From NCBI GenBank assembly GCA_050175015.1, contig JBFXJJ010000002.1:64001-128000 (forward strand): a stretch of DNA of 64,000 bases. Reading direction: 5' to 3'. This document shows positions 26,983 through 36,019 of the stretch, one piece after another; position 1 is the first letter of the stretch; each line of letters starts with the position of its first letter. The notes under the pieces were generated by a model. That model saw nothing but the letters and a program-made list of their open reading frames with translations. It was not told the DNA's origin and ran no database searches. Source of the stretch: Alphaproteobacteria bacterium (GTDB taxonomy: Bacteria > Pseudomonadota > Alphaproteobacteria > JBFXJJ01). The position numbers were made by a program, and so were the translations under genes.

Positions 26983-28254
26983 TCAAGAAAAATATTTTAA
27001 AATTAACTTACCTGCTGTAAAACCCGAAGCTACAGCACTTTCAATAGATGATGGAATTCCTGTTTTAGTCCAGTCTCCCGCTAAGAAAAGATTTTTAAAC
27101 TCTGTTAAAGTTTGTTTTCGTAATTTTTCATTTTTAAAATTATGTAAAACTGTTGCTCTTTTCTCTTTAATAACTTTAAACTTTGGCATTTCCATAACAG
27201 GAAAGGCAGGAATTTTTAATAAATCCTCCCATATTACAGCCGCAATATCTTCATTGCTTTTATTAATAAGTTCGTCACTTGGTGCGCTTATTACAACCGA
27301 AAGCAAGTTTTTTTTAGCAAATACCCACTCAGCTGTCCCTCCAACAATGCAACAGAAAGGTTTATTGTCTGGTAAAGCAATATTCTCTCCAACAAGGTAA
27401 TGCACGCAAATAATAGAACTCGTTTCCTTTGGAGTTGATATCGATGGCAGCATTTTAAAACTATTCTCTGCGGTAACAGCCATAATAACGGCATCATCTT
27501 TTTCAAGAAAAATCTTTCCCTTTTCGAAAAAAAGCCTATCTACCCTGTCTTCTATTCCAAGCCCTCGGATTTTTTTATTGTAAATAATTTCAACATTAGA
27601 TTGTTTCAAGTATTCTACTATAGGTTCAACAAAAGCACCCCTTAAAGACTTGTTTGCAAGATATGGAACCGCGGCACTTCCTCCTTTGGCAAAAACTTTC
27701 ATAATGATATCATACATTAAATTTGCAGGAACTTTATCTGGTGCAGAATTAAAAACAGCCTTGCAAAATGGCAGCCAGAAACTTTCATAAATATGGTTAC
27801 CGCTTAAAATTTCTTCAACCGTTGCCTTTTCTGACGCATATTTAAGCTTAAATATTTCAAAATAGTCAACAATACCACTGTCAGGAACTCTTTTTGAAGA
27901 CCTGAACAACCAAAAAGGAATTTTAGTTTTTGATGGCTGAAGCAACCATTGCTGTTGTTTATTGATATCAATAAAAGGATAACACGGAGGATCAATCGCT
28001 GTTAGGCTGTTTCTACACCCGATTATATCCAGCAATTTAAAAAAATTTTTATTAATTCCCAAAATTAAATGCGGGCAATTATCAAGAATTCTATCAAAAC
28101 TCCTGTCAAAGTAAGAATAGCATCGTCCTCCGAGGTGATTATTTGCTTCATATATTTTTATTTTATATTTGTTATTTTTATGAGCGATATAAACCGCCGC
28201 CGAAAGTCCTGATAGCCCCCCGCCGATTATATGGACGGTTTTTTTGTCCGACAT
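26983..28254 (-). CDS. hpnE: Hydroxysqualene dehydroxylase (FAD-dependent)
   Basis: GGGLSG Rossmann motif, 'GGRCYSYFD', 'EKRAT', 'LAGDWT..GIPSSIESAVASG'; follows hpnCD. Confidence 0.88.
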   Translation of the reverse strand: MSDKKTVHIIGGGLSGLSAAVYIAHKNNKYKIKIYEANNHLGGRCYSYFDRSFDRILDNCPHLILGINKNFFKLLDIIGCRNSLTAIDPPCYPFIDINKQQQWLLQPSKTKIPFWLFRSSKRVPDSGIVDYFEIFKLKYASEKATVEEILSGNHIYESFWLPFCKAVFNSAPDKVPANLMYDIIMKVFAKGGSAAVPYLANKSLRGAFVEPIVEYLKQSNVEIIYNKKIRGLGIEDRVDRLFFEKGKIFLEKDDAVIMAVTAENSFKMLPSISTPKETSSIICVHYLVGENIALPDNKPFCCIVGGTAEWVFAKKNLLSVVISAPSDELINKSNEDIAAVIWEDLLKIPAFPVMEMPKFKVIKEKRATVLHNFKNEKLRKQTLTEFKNLFLAGDWTKTGIPSSIESAVASGFTAGKLILKYFS

Positions 28255-29090
28255 AGAAACCTCCTTAGAAGAGTTTCCATTATTATTAGTAATAAATCAA
28301 CAAGATTAGGTTTTATTTTTGGTTCTAGTATTTGAAAGCCTCTTTTTTTAGTTTTCTGCAAAACTTTTTCATATACTTTCATCATTATGAATGCAGGATA
28401 CATTTTGGCAAAACTAGCTTTTCTTAAATTAGCTTTAGCTTGCTGGTATTTTTGCTCTGCTTTGCCACATAATATTGATAAGGCTTCGGTTAAGTTTGGG
28501 CTTTTAATAACGTCCAAAGGATTATCACTAAAAATTTCAGCTTTGTTTAAAATACTTTTAGAAATATAAAGTCTTCCCATATCAGCATCTTCTTTTACAT
28601 CTCTGATAATATTGGTCAGCTGTAGAGCCTCACCCAAATTTAGGGCAAAACTTCTGGCATTGTCATCATCTTCTCCAAAAATCTTAATCGAAATTAAACC
28701 CACAGCTCCAGCAACTCTACTACAGTAAAGTTCTAAATCTTCATCACTCGGAGCCTTTATGCCATCAGGCAAATCCATCGCCATTCCATCAATAACGGCA
28801 ATAAAATCTTTAGCATCAAGCTTAAAGATGTCAACATAACCTGAAAGGCTTTTTCCAAGCTCGGTTTCTGGTTTTTGCCTAAAAACAGCATCTATTTCCT
28901 TACGCCAGAAATCCAAATTTTTAATTTTGACTTCATAAACATCTTCACCATCAGCAATGTCATCAATAACACGGCAAAAAGCGTATACCGCATACATAGC
29001 ATTGCGTCTTTCTTCTGGCAGAAGCTTCATGGCCGATGCAAAAGAAGAACCCGATTTTTTTACAATTTTTTCTGTAAGATTTTCATTCAT
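28227..29090 (-). CDS. hpnD: Presqualene diphosphate synthase
   Basis: 'SGSSF', 'YAFCRVIDDIAD', 'YCSRVAGAVG', 'ALQLTNIIRDVKEDA..GRLY'. Confidence 0.9.
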   Translation of the reverse strand: MNENLTEKIVKKSGSSFASAMKLLPEERRNAMYAVYAFCRVIDDIADGEDVYEVKIKNLDFWRKEIDAVFRQKPETELGKSLSGYVDIFKLDAKDFIAVIDGMAMDLPDGIKAPSDEDLELYCSRVAGAVGLISIKIFGEDDDNARSFALNLGEALQLTNIIRDVKEDADMGRLYISKSILNKAEIFSDNPLDVIKSPNLTEALSILCGKAEQKYQQAKANLRKASFAKMYPAFIMMKVYEKVLQKTKKRGFQILEPKIKPNLVDLLLIIMETLLRRFLCRTKKPSI

Positions 29091-29099
29091 ATTTTAGAA

Positions 29100-29951
29100 T
29101 CATAAACAACTAGTTGTTGTTTTTCTAGTAAAAACTGCTTTGAATATTCCCTTGGCAGCAGAAAGAAACCAGTCTTTCTTATTGAGAGATACTTTGTGTT
29201 TTATTGGATCTTCTAATCTAAGCTTTATAGATAGTCTTTCTGCCAACGCAATAATAATTGAGATTTCAACTTTTAAACCAAAATTCATTGTAATTGAGGG
29301 CAATATTTTTCCTTCAAACAACATATTGTCGGTTTTATCAAGGATAAGATTAATGATTTTTCTAAGTCCCAAACTCGCCTCATCAGCGGCTAAATCTTCG
29401 GGTTTTACATCATATTCTTTCATAAAATCAGAAGGAATATATATCCTTTTCAAATTTAAATAATCTTTTTTCAAATCCTGCAAGTGGTTTAAAATCTGCA
29501 AAACAACACAAACCCTGTCACTGCTCCAATGAGTACTGAGTGGCTCTTTATGCAAATCAAGCATAAACCGTCCAACAGGAGATGCCGAATAGGAACAATA
29601 ATATATTAGTTCGTCCCATACTTGATAATGTTTTCCCAAGGCATCTTGCTTAAACGCTTTCAATAAATCCAAAGCGTGAATAATTAGTTTATCATCTATA
29701 TCAATAAGACTTTTTCTTAACTCAAATGCGGTTTTAGTTTCTTCGCTGTTATCGCCAAAGCCCTGCAAGCTGTTTTCTAACTTTTCAAGCTTCAATATTT
29801 TTTCTTCACAAGAAAGCTCTTTATCATCGGCAACATCATCAGCATATCTTGCAAAATTATAAAACTTTGCAATATGAGGTCTTAATTTTGCAGGCAGAAG
29901 AATTGACCCTACTGGAAAATTTTCGTCTTTAGCTGTTTTGCTCGCTTCCAT
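29100..29951 (-). CDS. hpnC: Hydroxysqualene synthase
   Basis: 'ENFPVGS', 'FARYADDVAD', 'YCSYSASPVGR', 'LQILNHLQD'. Confidence 0.9.
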   Translation of the reverse strand: MEASKTAKDENFPVGSILLPAKLRPHIAKFYNFARYADDVADDKELSCEEKILKLEKLENSLQGFGDNSEETKTAFELRKSLIDIDDKLIIHALDLLKAFKQDALGKHYQVWDELIYYCSYSASPVGRFMLDLHKEPLSTHWSSDRVCVVLQILNHLQDLKKDYLNLKRIYIPSDFMKEYDVKPEDLAADEASLGLRKIINLILDKTDNMLFEGKILPSITMNFGLKVEISIIIALAERLSIKLRLEDPIKHKVSLNKKDWFLSAAKGIFKAVFTRKTTTSCL

Positions 29952-29960
29952 AATAACAAC

Positions 29961-31331
29961 TCATTCGGTTTCAAGTTTTTGCTTAATCTCAGAATACCAC
30001 TTGTCAATATTTTCTAAAGCCCTTTGGGCATATTTAGCTTTGCGTTCTTTGCCCTTAAAGTGCTTAAGCTTACCTTTAGGCGTTATTTCTGGTTCTATCT
30101 CTGCAAAAAGCCCGAAATTAACATTCATCGGTTCAAAATTATCAAGTTTTGAATTAACAACGTGATTATGAAGAGCCCCTATCGCTGTTGTAATATCTGG
30201 TTTGGGAAGCTTGATATCTTTTATTTCTGCACTGGCATAAATCCCAGCAAGAAAGCCCATTGCAATACTTTCAACATAGCCTTCACAGCCCGAAATCTGA
30301 CCTGCAAAACGGATATTAGGTTGTTGCTTCAGCCGCAATTCAGAATCTAGCAACTGCGGACTATTAATAAAGCTATTGCGGTGAATATTCCCAAGCCTTG
30401 CAAACTCTGCATTCTCTAAACCTGGTATCATTTTGAAGATACGTTTTTGCTCGTTATGTTTTAGTTTCGTTTGAAAACCAACAATGTTACGCAAGCTATC
30501 TTGCATATTATCTTGTCGTAGCTGGACGACGGCATAAGGCTGTTCTTCTTTATGAGGATTAACCAGACCTACAGGTTTCATTGGTCCAAAAGCCAGCGTT
30601 TCAATCCCACGCTCCGCCATAACTTCAATCGGCAAACAGCCCTCAAAAAATTTATCAGGTTTTTCCCAATCTTTAAATGTTACTTTTTCTGCTTTCAGCA
30701 GTTCATCTATAAAATTATAATATTCTTCTTTAGATAACGGACAGTTTATGTAATCTGAAGAATCACCCTTATCATAACGAGACTGGCACCAAGCTTTAGA
30801 TAAATCTATACTTTCAGTATAAACAAGCGGAGCAATCGCATCAAAGAAATAGAAGAAGTCCAAACCCGTTTTTTCACCAATCGCCGCCGCAATTTTAGGT
30901 GATGCCAAAGGGCCGCAGGCTAAAATCCATAACTCATCGTCAGCGTCAGGCAGCTTAGTTACTTCCTCTCTTTTTATTGTAATAAATGGATTTGCAAGAA
31001 GCTTTGCTTCAACTGCTTCTGAAAAACGCAGTCTATCGACCGCTAAAGCTCCACCCGCCGGCACTTTAGTTTCATCGGCGCATTGCAGCAGCAAAGATGC
31101 CCCTCTTCTTAGCTCTTCCTGCAAAACTCCAACCGCATTTGCTTCAGGATTGTTGGAGCGAAAAGAGTTAGAACAGACAAGCTCTGCTAAATTCTGAGTA
31201 TTATGTGCAGGAGAAGACACGCTTGGTCTCATCTCATATAGATTTACAGGTATCTTACAAGATGCTATCTGCCACGCAGCTTCACAGCCTGCCAGTCCTC
31301 CGCCTACAATATTTACTGTTTTATTTACCAT
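29961..31331 (-). CDS. trmFO: Folate/FAD-dependent tRNA (m5U54) methyltransferase
   Basis: GGGLAGCEAAWQ, AELVCSNSFRS, FEGCLPIEVMA, FAGQISGCEGYVES. Confidence 0.95.
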   Translation of the reverse strand: MVNKTVNIVGGGLAGCEAAWQIASCKIPVNLYEMRPSVSSPAHNTQNLAELVCSNSFRSNNPEANAVGVLQEELRRGASLLLQCADETKVPAGGALAVDRLRFSEAVEAKLLANPFITIKREEVTKLPDADDELWILACGPLASPKIAAAIGEKTGLDFFYFFDAIAPLVYTESIDLSKAWCQSRYDKGDSSDYINCPLSKEEYYNFIDELLKAEKVTFKDWEKPDKFFEGCLPIEVMAERGIETLAFGPMKPVGLVNPHKEEQPYAVVQLRQDNMQDSLRNIVGFQTKLKHNEQKRIFKMIPGLENAEFARLGNIHRNSFINSPQLLDSELRLKQQPNIRFAGQISGCEGYVESIAMGFLAGIYASAEIKDIKLPKPDITTAIGALHNHVVNSKLDNFEPMNVNFGLFAEIEPEITPKGKLKHFKGKERKAKYAQRALENIDKWYSEIKQKLETE

Positions 31332-31337
31332 TGTTTT

Positions 31338-31916
31338 TCATTCTGGAGAAAAGTGAATTGCATCGCCTATTTCTTCAAGTTCTTTTTCAAAAATTGGAAC
31401 AACGTCTTCAATATTGTTGGTTATTGTAAAAAGTTTTAAATGATCTTTTTCAGCGAACCCGCCATTTACGATATCATTTATCATTGCAACCATTGAATCC
31501 CAAAAACCGTCAATATTAACGATAATTATTGGTTTATTGTGCCTTTGAAGCTGTTTTAGAGTAATCAACTCAAAAATTTCATCAAGAGAACCAAAACCTC
31601 CAGGAAGAAGACAAAAGCCGTCAGACAATTCTTTCATACGATTTTTGCGAACATACATATGAGGAACAACTTCTAACTCAGGAAGTTGTAAAAAAGCTTG
31701 TTCTTTTTTCTCTAAATGATGAGGAATTATGCCGACTACATGTCCTCCTTTTGAAAGAGCGCCTTCAGCTACAGCTCCCATAACACCGACATGACCGCCG
31801 CCATAAATTAAGGTATGCTTATGTTCAGCAATTCTCATACCAAGGGTTCTTGCTGTCTCAGTATAAGATGGCTTATCTCCACTTCTAGAGCCACAAAAAA
31901 CGCAAAGTTTATTCAT
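31338..31916 (-). CDS. LOG family (TIGR00730-like) nucleotide phosphoribohydrolase
   Basis: CVFCGS, YGGGHVGVMG, PGGFGSLDE. Confidence 0.92.
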   Translation of the reverse strand: MNKLCVFCGSRSGDKPSYTETARTLGMRIAEHKHTLIYGGGHVGVMGAVAEGALSKGGHVVGIIPHHLEKKEQAFLQLPELEVVPHMYVRKNRMKELSDGFCLLPGGFGSLDEIFELITLKQLQRHNKPIIIVNIDGFWDSMVAMINDIVNGGFAEKDHLKLFTITNNIEDVVPIFEKELEEIGDAIHFSPE

Positions 31917-31967
31917 ATATTATTCTCCATTCTTATTTTTTAATTCTCCTATGATATAAAAGAATAG

Positions 31968-31983
31968 GTTAAACAGATGTTAA
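31968..31983. promoter_or_regulatory. CtrA box
   Basis: Minus-strand TTAA-CATCTGT-TTAAC matches the full consensus. Confidence 0.6.
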
Positions 31984-32064
31984 TAAATTAAGTTATATAT
32001 TGATGTATCTAACTACAAAATATGGTAAAATTAACTATTGTTTTTGACTTATATGGCACGCTTT

Positions 32065-33630
32065 ATGAAAAGAAAACTAAAAAAATTAGGAACTGTTATT
32101 TTTTTAGGCATAGGGATTTGCTTCCTAAGCAAGGCAAGCTGCGCAGAATATAACTTAAATGATATTGCAAACCTTACTTCAGATAGTTCCTCAGAAAGCA
32201 CAAAAGAAACGGCAACAAGCACTACATCTCAACCCAAACCTCCTGCCCCCAAAACTAACAGTAAAAGTATAACTTCACTTTTTAAGAATTTGTCAGGCTC
32301 ACTTTTTGGAGGCACAAGTACTAGTAATAATTCTACATCTCAAAGCAAAACAAATTCTGAAAAGGCACCTTCTAAAACAATAGAACAAACGGCCAAACCA
32401 AAAACAGTCTTAGCTCCGCCTGCTCCTTCTGATGAAAATTTATCTCCAGACGATGAAAGCATTGAATACGTTGAAGACTTAGCCCCAGCTCAAGAAGAAG
32501 GAACATTGGCTAGTGGAAACCTTGCAATAAACCCCAACGAATTATCTGCTTCTAATCAAAAAGAAAAAATAAATCCTTATGAACGCCCGAAATCACAAAT
32601 TGTAAGCAAAGATTTGTTTAAAAATTTAGAAAAGAAAGATGATGCTGATAACAACCCTTTGCTTGACCAAATTGCAACCGATGAACTTGCTCTTGATGAC
32701 AGCGATGCCCCAACCGAAGCTGGAACTTTAGCTGAACCTAAAAACAACAATATGCCGCCTTTACAAGCAAATAATGATGCAAATAAGCAGCAACCTCCGC
32801 CTCCTAAAAATATGCCGAGAAAAAGAACATCAACAAACATAAACAATGAATTATCAGCACGAAAAACTCAGCCAGAAGAAATTCCAGATTCCATAAAAAA
32901 TCTTCTGGAAAAAGACACAAACATACCAGAAGCTCTAGGCGCAGGAACCCTTACTAACAACGATATGCCTGCTGTTGCTAAAGATGCCGAAATAAAAGAG
33001 GCAAACACTAATGCGCCTCCACCTAGAATATTTGGAACCGACGTGTCTAACTTTAACGTTGCAGGAATCAAACTTGGAATGCCTCTCCGCTCAGTTCTGC
33101 GAATAGCTCAAGATAATAATTATGAGATAGCAAAAGAATTAAATGAAATTCCTAATTTTGCTAAATGGCAGTATGAACTTGCCTGTAAAAATGATGGCAA
33201 TTACCTCTTTGAAGGTATTCAAGAATGTGTAAAACAAGCTGCCAAGCAAAGAAAAACCTACTTTACAGAAAAACTAATATTAACCAAAAAAGCAAGCAAC
33301 GAAAAAATTGAAGTAATGTTTACAAGCAACTTCACAGGCAATCTTGTAAAAAAAATATCTTACTTTGTTCAAGAAGACCCTACTTTGGGGTATGGTCCCA
33401 AAGCAAAATATATAAGAGAACAGTGGGTTAATGATTTTTGGAAAAGAATTGATATGAAATATGGCTCTCCCGATGACAAAGAACGTGTAACTTGGGGACT
33501 TGGAGAGAATGAACCATCTTTAAACGTAAGCACAGGCAAAATTGTTTTATCAGACCCCAAACTGCCTCAAAAAGATTACGCTTTAATGTATAAAGCCGAC
33601 AAAGGAATTAATGTTAGTTTCAGTTTTTAA
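32065..33630 (+). CDS. Hypothetical exported protein: signal peptide, long S/T/P/E-rich disordered region, folded C-terminal domain
   Basis: MKRKLKKLGTVIFLGIGICFLSKASCA signal-like N-terminus; 'FNVAGIKLGM'; stop overlaps the chpT start (TAATG). Start is uncertain (32038, 32053 or 32065). Confidence 0.75.
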   Translation: MKRKLKKLGTVIFLGIGICFLSKASCAEYNLNDIANLTSDSSSESTKETATSTTSQPKPPAPKTNSKSITSLFKNLSGSLFGGTSTSNNSTSQSKTNSEKAPSKTIEQTAKPKTVLAPPAPSDENLSPDDESIEYVEDLAPAQEEGTLASGNLAINPNELSASNQKEKINPYERPKSQIVSKDLFKNLEKKDDADNNPLLDQIATDELALDDSDAPTEAGTLAEPKNNNMPPLQANNDANKQQPPPPKNMPRKRTSTNINNELSARKTQPEEIPDSIKNLLEKDTNIPEALGAGTLTNNDMPAVAKDAEIKEANTNAPPPRIFGTDVSNFNVAGIKLGMPLRSVLRIAQDNNYEIAKELNEIPNFAKWQYELACKNDGNYLFEGIQECVKQAAKQRKTYFTEKLILTKKASNEKIEVMFTSNFTGNLVKKISYFVQEDPTLGYGPKAKYIREQWVNDFWKRIDMKYGSPDDKERVTWGLGENEPSLNVSTGKIVLSDPKLPQKDYALMYKADKGINVSFSF

Positions 33631-34301
33631 TGGAGTTTTTTTTGGATATTAACTTTGCAACCACACTTTCTGAATATATTACAACCAGAATCTGCCACGA
33701 CTTATCAGGAGCAACCAGTGCCATAACCAATGGTGTTGAATTTCTTTCGGGTGACGATGACTTCGCATCTGAAGCTAAAGGTTTGATTGAAATGAGTGCA
33801 AACACCGTAAGCGCTCGAATCAAATTGTTTAGACTTGCTTTTGGAAAGCTTGATGAAAGATGCCGTGATTTTAATCATATCAAAGAAATTTTAGAAAATT
33901 ATCTTTGCGAGAATCCTAAAATAAATATTTCTTGGATAACAAACAGTGATTTTCAAAAAGATGAAACCGCAATGATAACAGGACGGTTGATTCTTCTCTT
34001 AGGAATAATTGCTCCCGATGTCATTCCAAGAGGAGGAATTTTAAAAATCAATCCTGGATTTTCTGACGCCGAATTTTTAAAAATTTCTATCTCTTCCGAA
34101 AAAATTCTTATAAACAAGGAATTGGAACAAATTTTTATTCTAATGAATAACGAAAAAACTAACATTGATGAGTTTTTAGCGCAAACTACCCCAAAGAATG
34201 TTAACTTAACTTGCTCACAGTTAATGGTTGAAAAAATCGGTGCTGTGATAAAAGTTATTAACAAACCAGAATATTTAGAAATAACGGTAAAACAAAAGTA
34301 G
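33630..34301 (+). CDS. chpT: Histidine phosphotransferase ChpT
   Basis: 'TRICHDLSGATSAITNGVEFL', 'ARIKLFRLAFG', 'PRGG'; near ctrA and che genes. Confidence 0.85.
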   Translation: MEFFLDINFATTLSEYITTRICHDLSGATSAITNGVEFLSGDDDFASEAKGLIEMSANTVSARIKLFRLAFGKLDERCRDFNHIKEILENYLCENPKINISWITNSDFQKDETAMITGRLILLLGIIAPDVIPRGGILKINPGFSDAEFLKISISSEKILINKELEQIFILMNNEKTNIDEFLAQTTPKNVNLTCSQLMVEKIGAVIKVINKPEYLEITVKQK

Positions 34302-34443
34302 ACATTTTTTTAAAAATAAATTTATTATATAGAAAAACAAGATTGTTTGCTTTACAATTTATAAATTAAACGTATTAGCTAACAAGCTTTTGATAATATG
34401 ATTTTATAATTTTTAACTTTTATAGGGTGCGAGAGGTATTCTA

Positions 34444-34809
34444 ATGAAAACTTGCCTTATTGTAGATGATTCAAAGGTCATACGTATGGTTGCCCGCAGA
34501 ATTCTCCAAGAGCTAGGCTTCGAAACATCAGAAGCTGAAGATGGAGAAGAAGCAATAAATCTTTGCAAAAAATCTCTGCCTGACGGAGTATTACTTGACT
34601 GGAATATGCCCGTAAAAGATGGTTTGCAATTTTTAAAAGAACTTAGAGCTATGCCTAATGGCGATAAGCCTATTGTTGTTTTCTGCACAACCGAAAACGA
34701 CTTAGACCATATAATTGAAGCGTTAGGATGTGGCGCAAATGAATATATAATGAAACCATTCGACAGCGAAATTTTGCAGGCTAAATTCGCTCAAGTTGGT
34801 CTTCTATAA
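34444..34809 (+). CDS. cheY: CheY-like single-domain response regulator
   Basis: VDDS, LLDWNMP, FCTTEN, YIMKPF. Confidence 0.92.
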   Translation: MKTCLIVDDSKVIRMVARRILQELGFETSEAEDGEEAINLCKKSLPDGVLLDWNMPVKDGLQFLKELRAMPNGDKPIVVFCTTENDLDHIIEALGCGANEYIMKPFDSEILQAKFAQVGLL

Positions 34810-34835
34810 AAAAACAATTTTAAGGAGAGTTTAAC

Positions 34836-36011
34836 GTGGAGCTTCCCCAAGTTAACAAGAAAGAAACGACATCAAAAAATGATGCTCCATACAGAGTAAT
34901 GGTGGTTGATGATTCAGCCGTTATTCGAGGCTTGATTACAAAAATGATTGAGTCTGATCCCAATATGAACGTTGTTGTAACGGCACCTAATGGACAAGTT
35001 GCTCTCTCTAATTTAGATCGCTACGATGTTGAAATCGTTATCCTCGACATTGAGATGCCTATAATGGACGGGTTAACGGCTTTACCTCTAATGCTTAAAA
35101 AAGTCCCAGACCTTAAAGTTATAATGGCATCAACCCTAACTTTAAAAAATGCTGAAATAAGTATGCAGGCAATGGAGCTGGGAGCAACGGATTATGTGCC
35201 TAAACCCACATCATCTAGAGAAGTTTCAGGAAGCGATACTTTCAAAGCTGAGCTTTTAGCAAAAGTTAAACATATTGGTGAGGCTAAACGCAAGGCACGC
35301 GGGATATTTCGTCCACAAGCAAAAGAAACTGTAGGTTCTGCCGCACGTCCCGAAATAAAAAGAGCACCAATAACGCCGTTAAAACCTTCTGAGCCTATTA
35401 AAATCAGTTTAAGACAAGCTTCAAACTTCAGACCAGAGGTTATAACTATTGCCAGTTCAACAGGTGGCCCTCAAGCCTTATTTAAGGTTTTTGGAGAACT
35501 AAAAAATGAAGATATAAAACAACCAATATTAATAACACAGCATATGCCCGCAACTTTTACAAAAATTCTTGCGGAACATATATCTTCAGTAAGTGGAAAA
35601 ACTGCTATTGAAGGTGCTAATGATATGATTGTTGAGGGCGGCAAAATATATGTTGCTCCTGGTGGTTTTCATATGACTATTAAACAAAGAGGCGTCAACA
35701 GGGTTATTGAATTAAAAGATACCCCTCCAGAAAATTTCTGCAAACCTTCTGCCGATCCTATGCTTAGAAGTGTTGTTGATATCTTTGGCAACAAAACCTT
35801 TACGGTAGTTCTTACAGGTATGGGAAACGATGGCTCCAAAGGTTCTGAGCATGTTGTAAATGCTGGAGGAACTGTTATTGCTCAAGATGAAGCTTCTAGT
35901 GTTGTTTGGGGAATGCCCGGCGCTGTTGCTAAAGCAGGTTTATGCAGTGCTATTATGCCTCTTACTGAAATACCTAATTATATTATAAAACATGCCATAA
36001 GGCGAGTTTAG
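34836..36011 (+). CDS. cheB: Protein-glutamate methylesterase
   Basis: Receiver domain plus SSTGGP, QHMP and LTGMGNDG. Confidence 0.96.
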   Translation: MELPQVNKKETTSKNDAPYRVMVVDDSAVIRGLITKMIESDPNMNVVVTAPNGQVALSNLDRYDVEIVILDIEMPIMDGLTALPLMLKKVPDLKVIMASTLTLKNAEISMQAMELGATDYVPKPTSSREVSGSDTFKAELLAKVKHIGEAKRKARGIFRPQAKETVGSAARPEIKRAPITPLKPSEPIKISLRQASNFRPEVITIASSTGGPQALFKVFGELKNEDIKQPILITQHMPATFTKILAEHISSVSGKTAIEGANDMIVEGGKIYVAPGGFHMTIKQRGVNRVIELKDTPPENFCKPSADPMLRSVVDIFGNKTFTVVLTGMGNDGSKGSEHVVNAGGTVIAQDEASSVVWGMPGAVAKAGLCSAIMPLTEIPNYIIKHAIRRV

Positions 36012-36019
36012 GGAGAGTT

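Noticed and set aside
26861-27400. 179-aa plus-strand ORF and the many other short overlapping ORFs in the track
   Set aside because: Antisense or off-frame shadows of well-supported genes, with no motifs or RBS
32054-32069. Sigma54 promoter TGGCACGCTTTATGA
   Set aside because: The -12 GC is missing and the site overlaps the likely start codons
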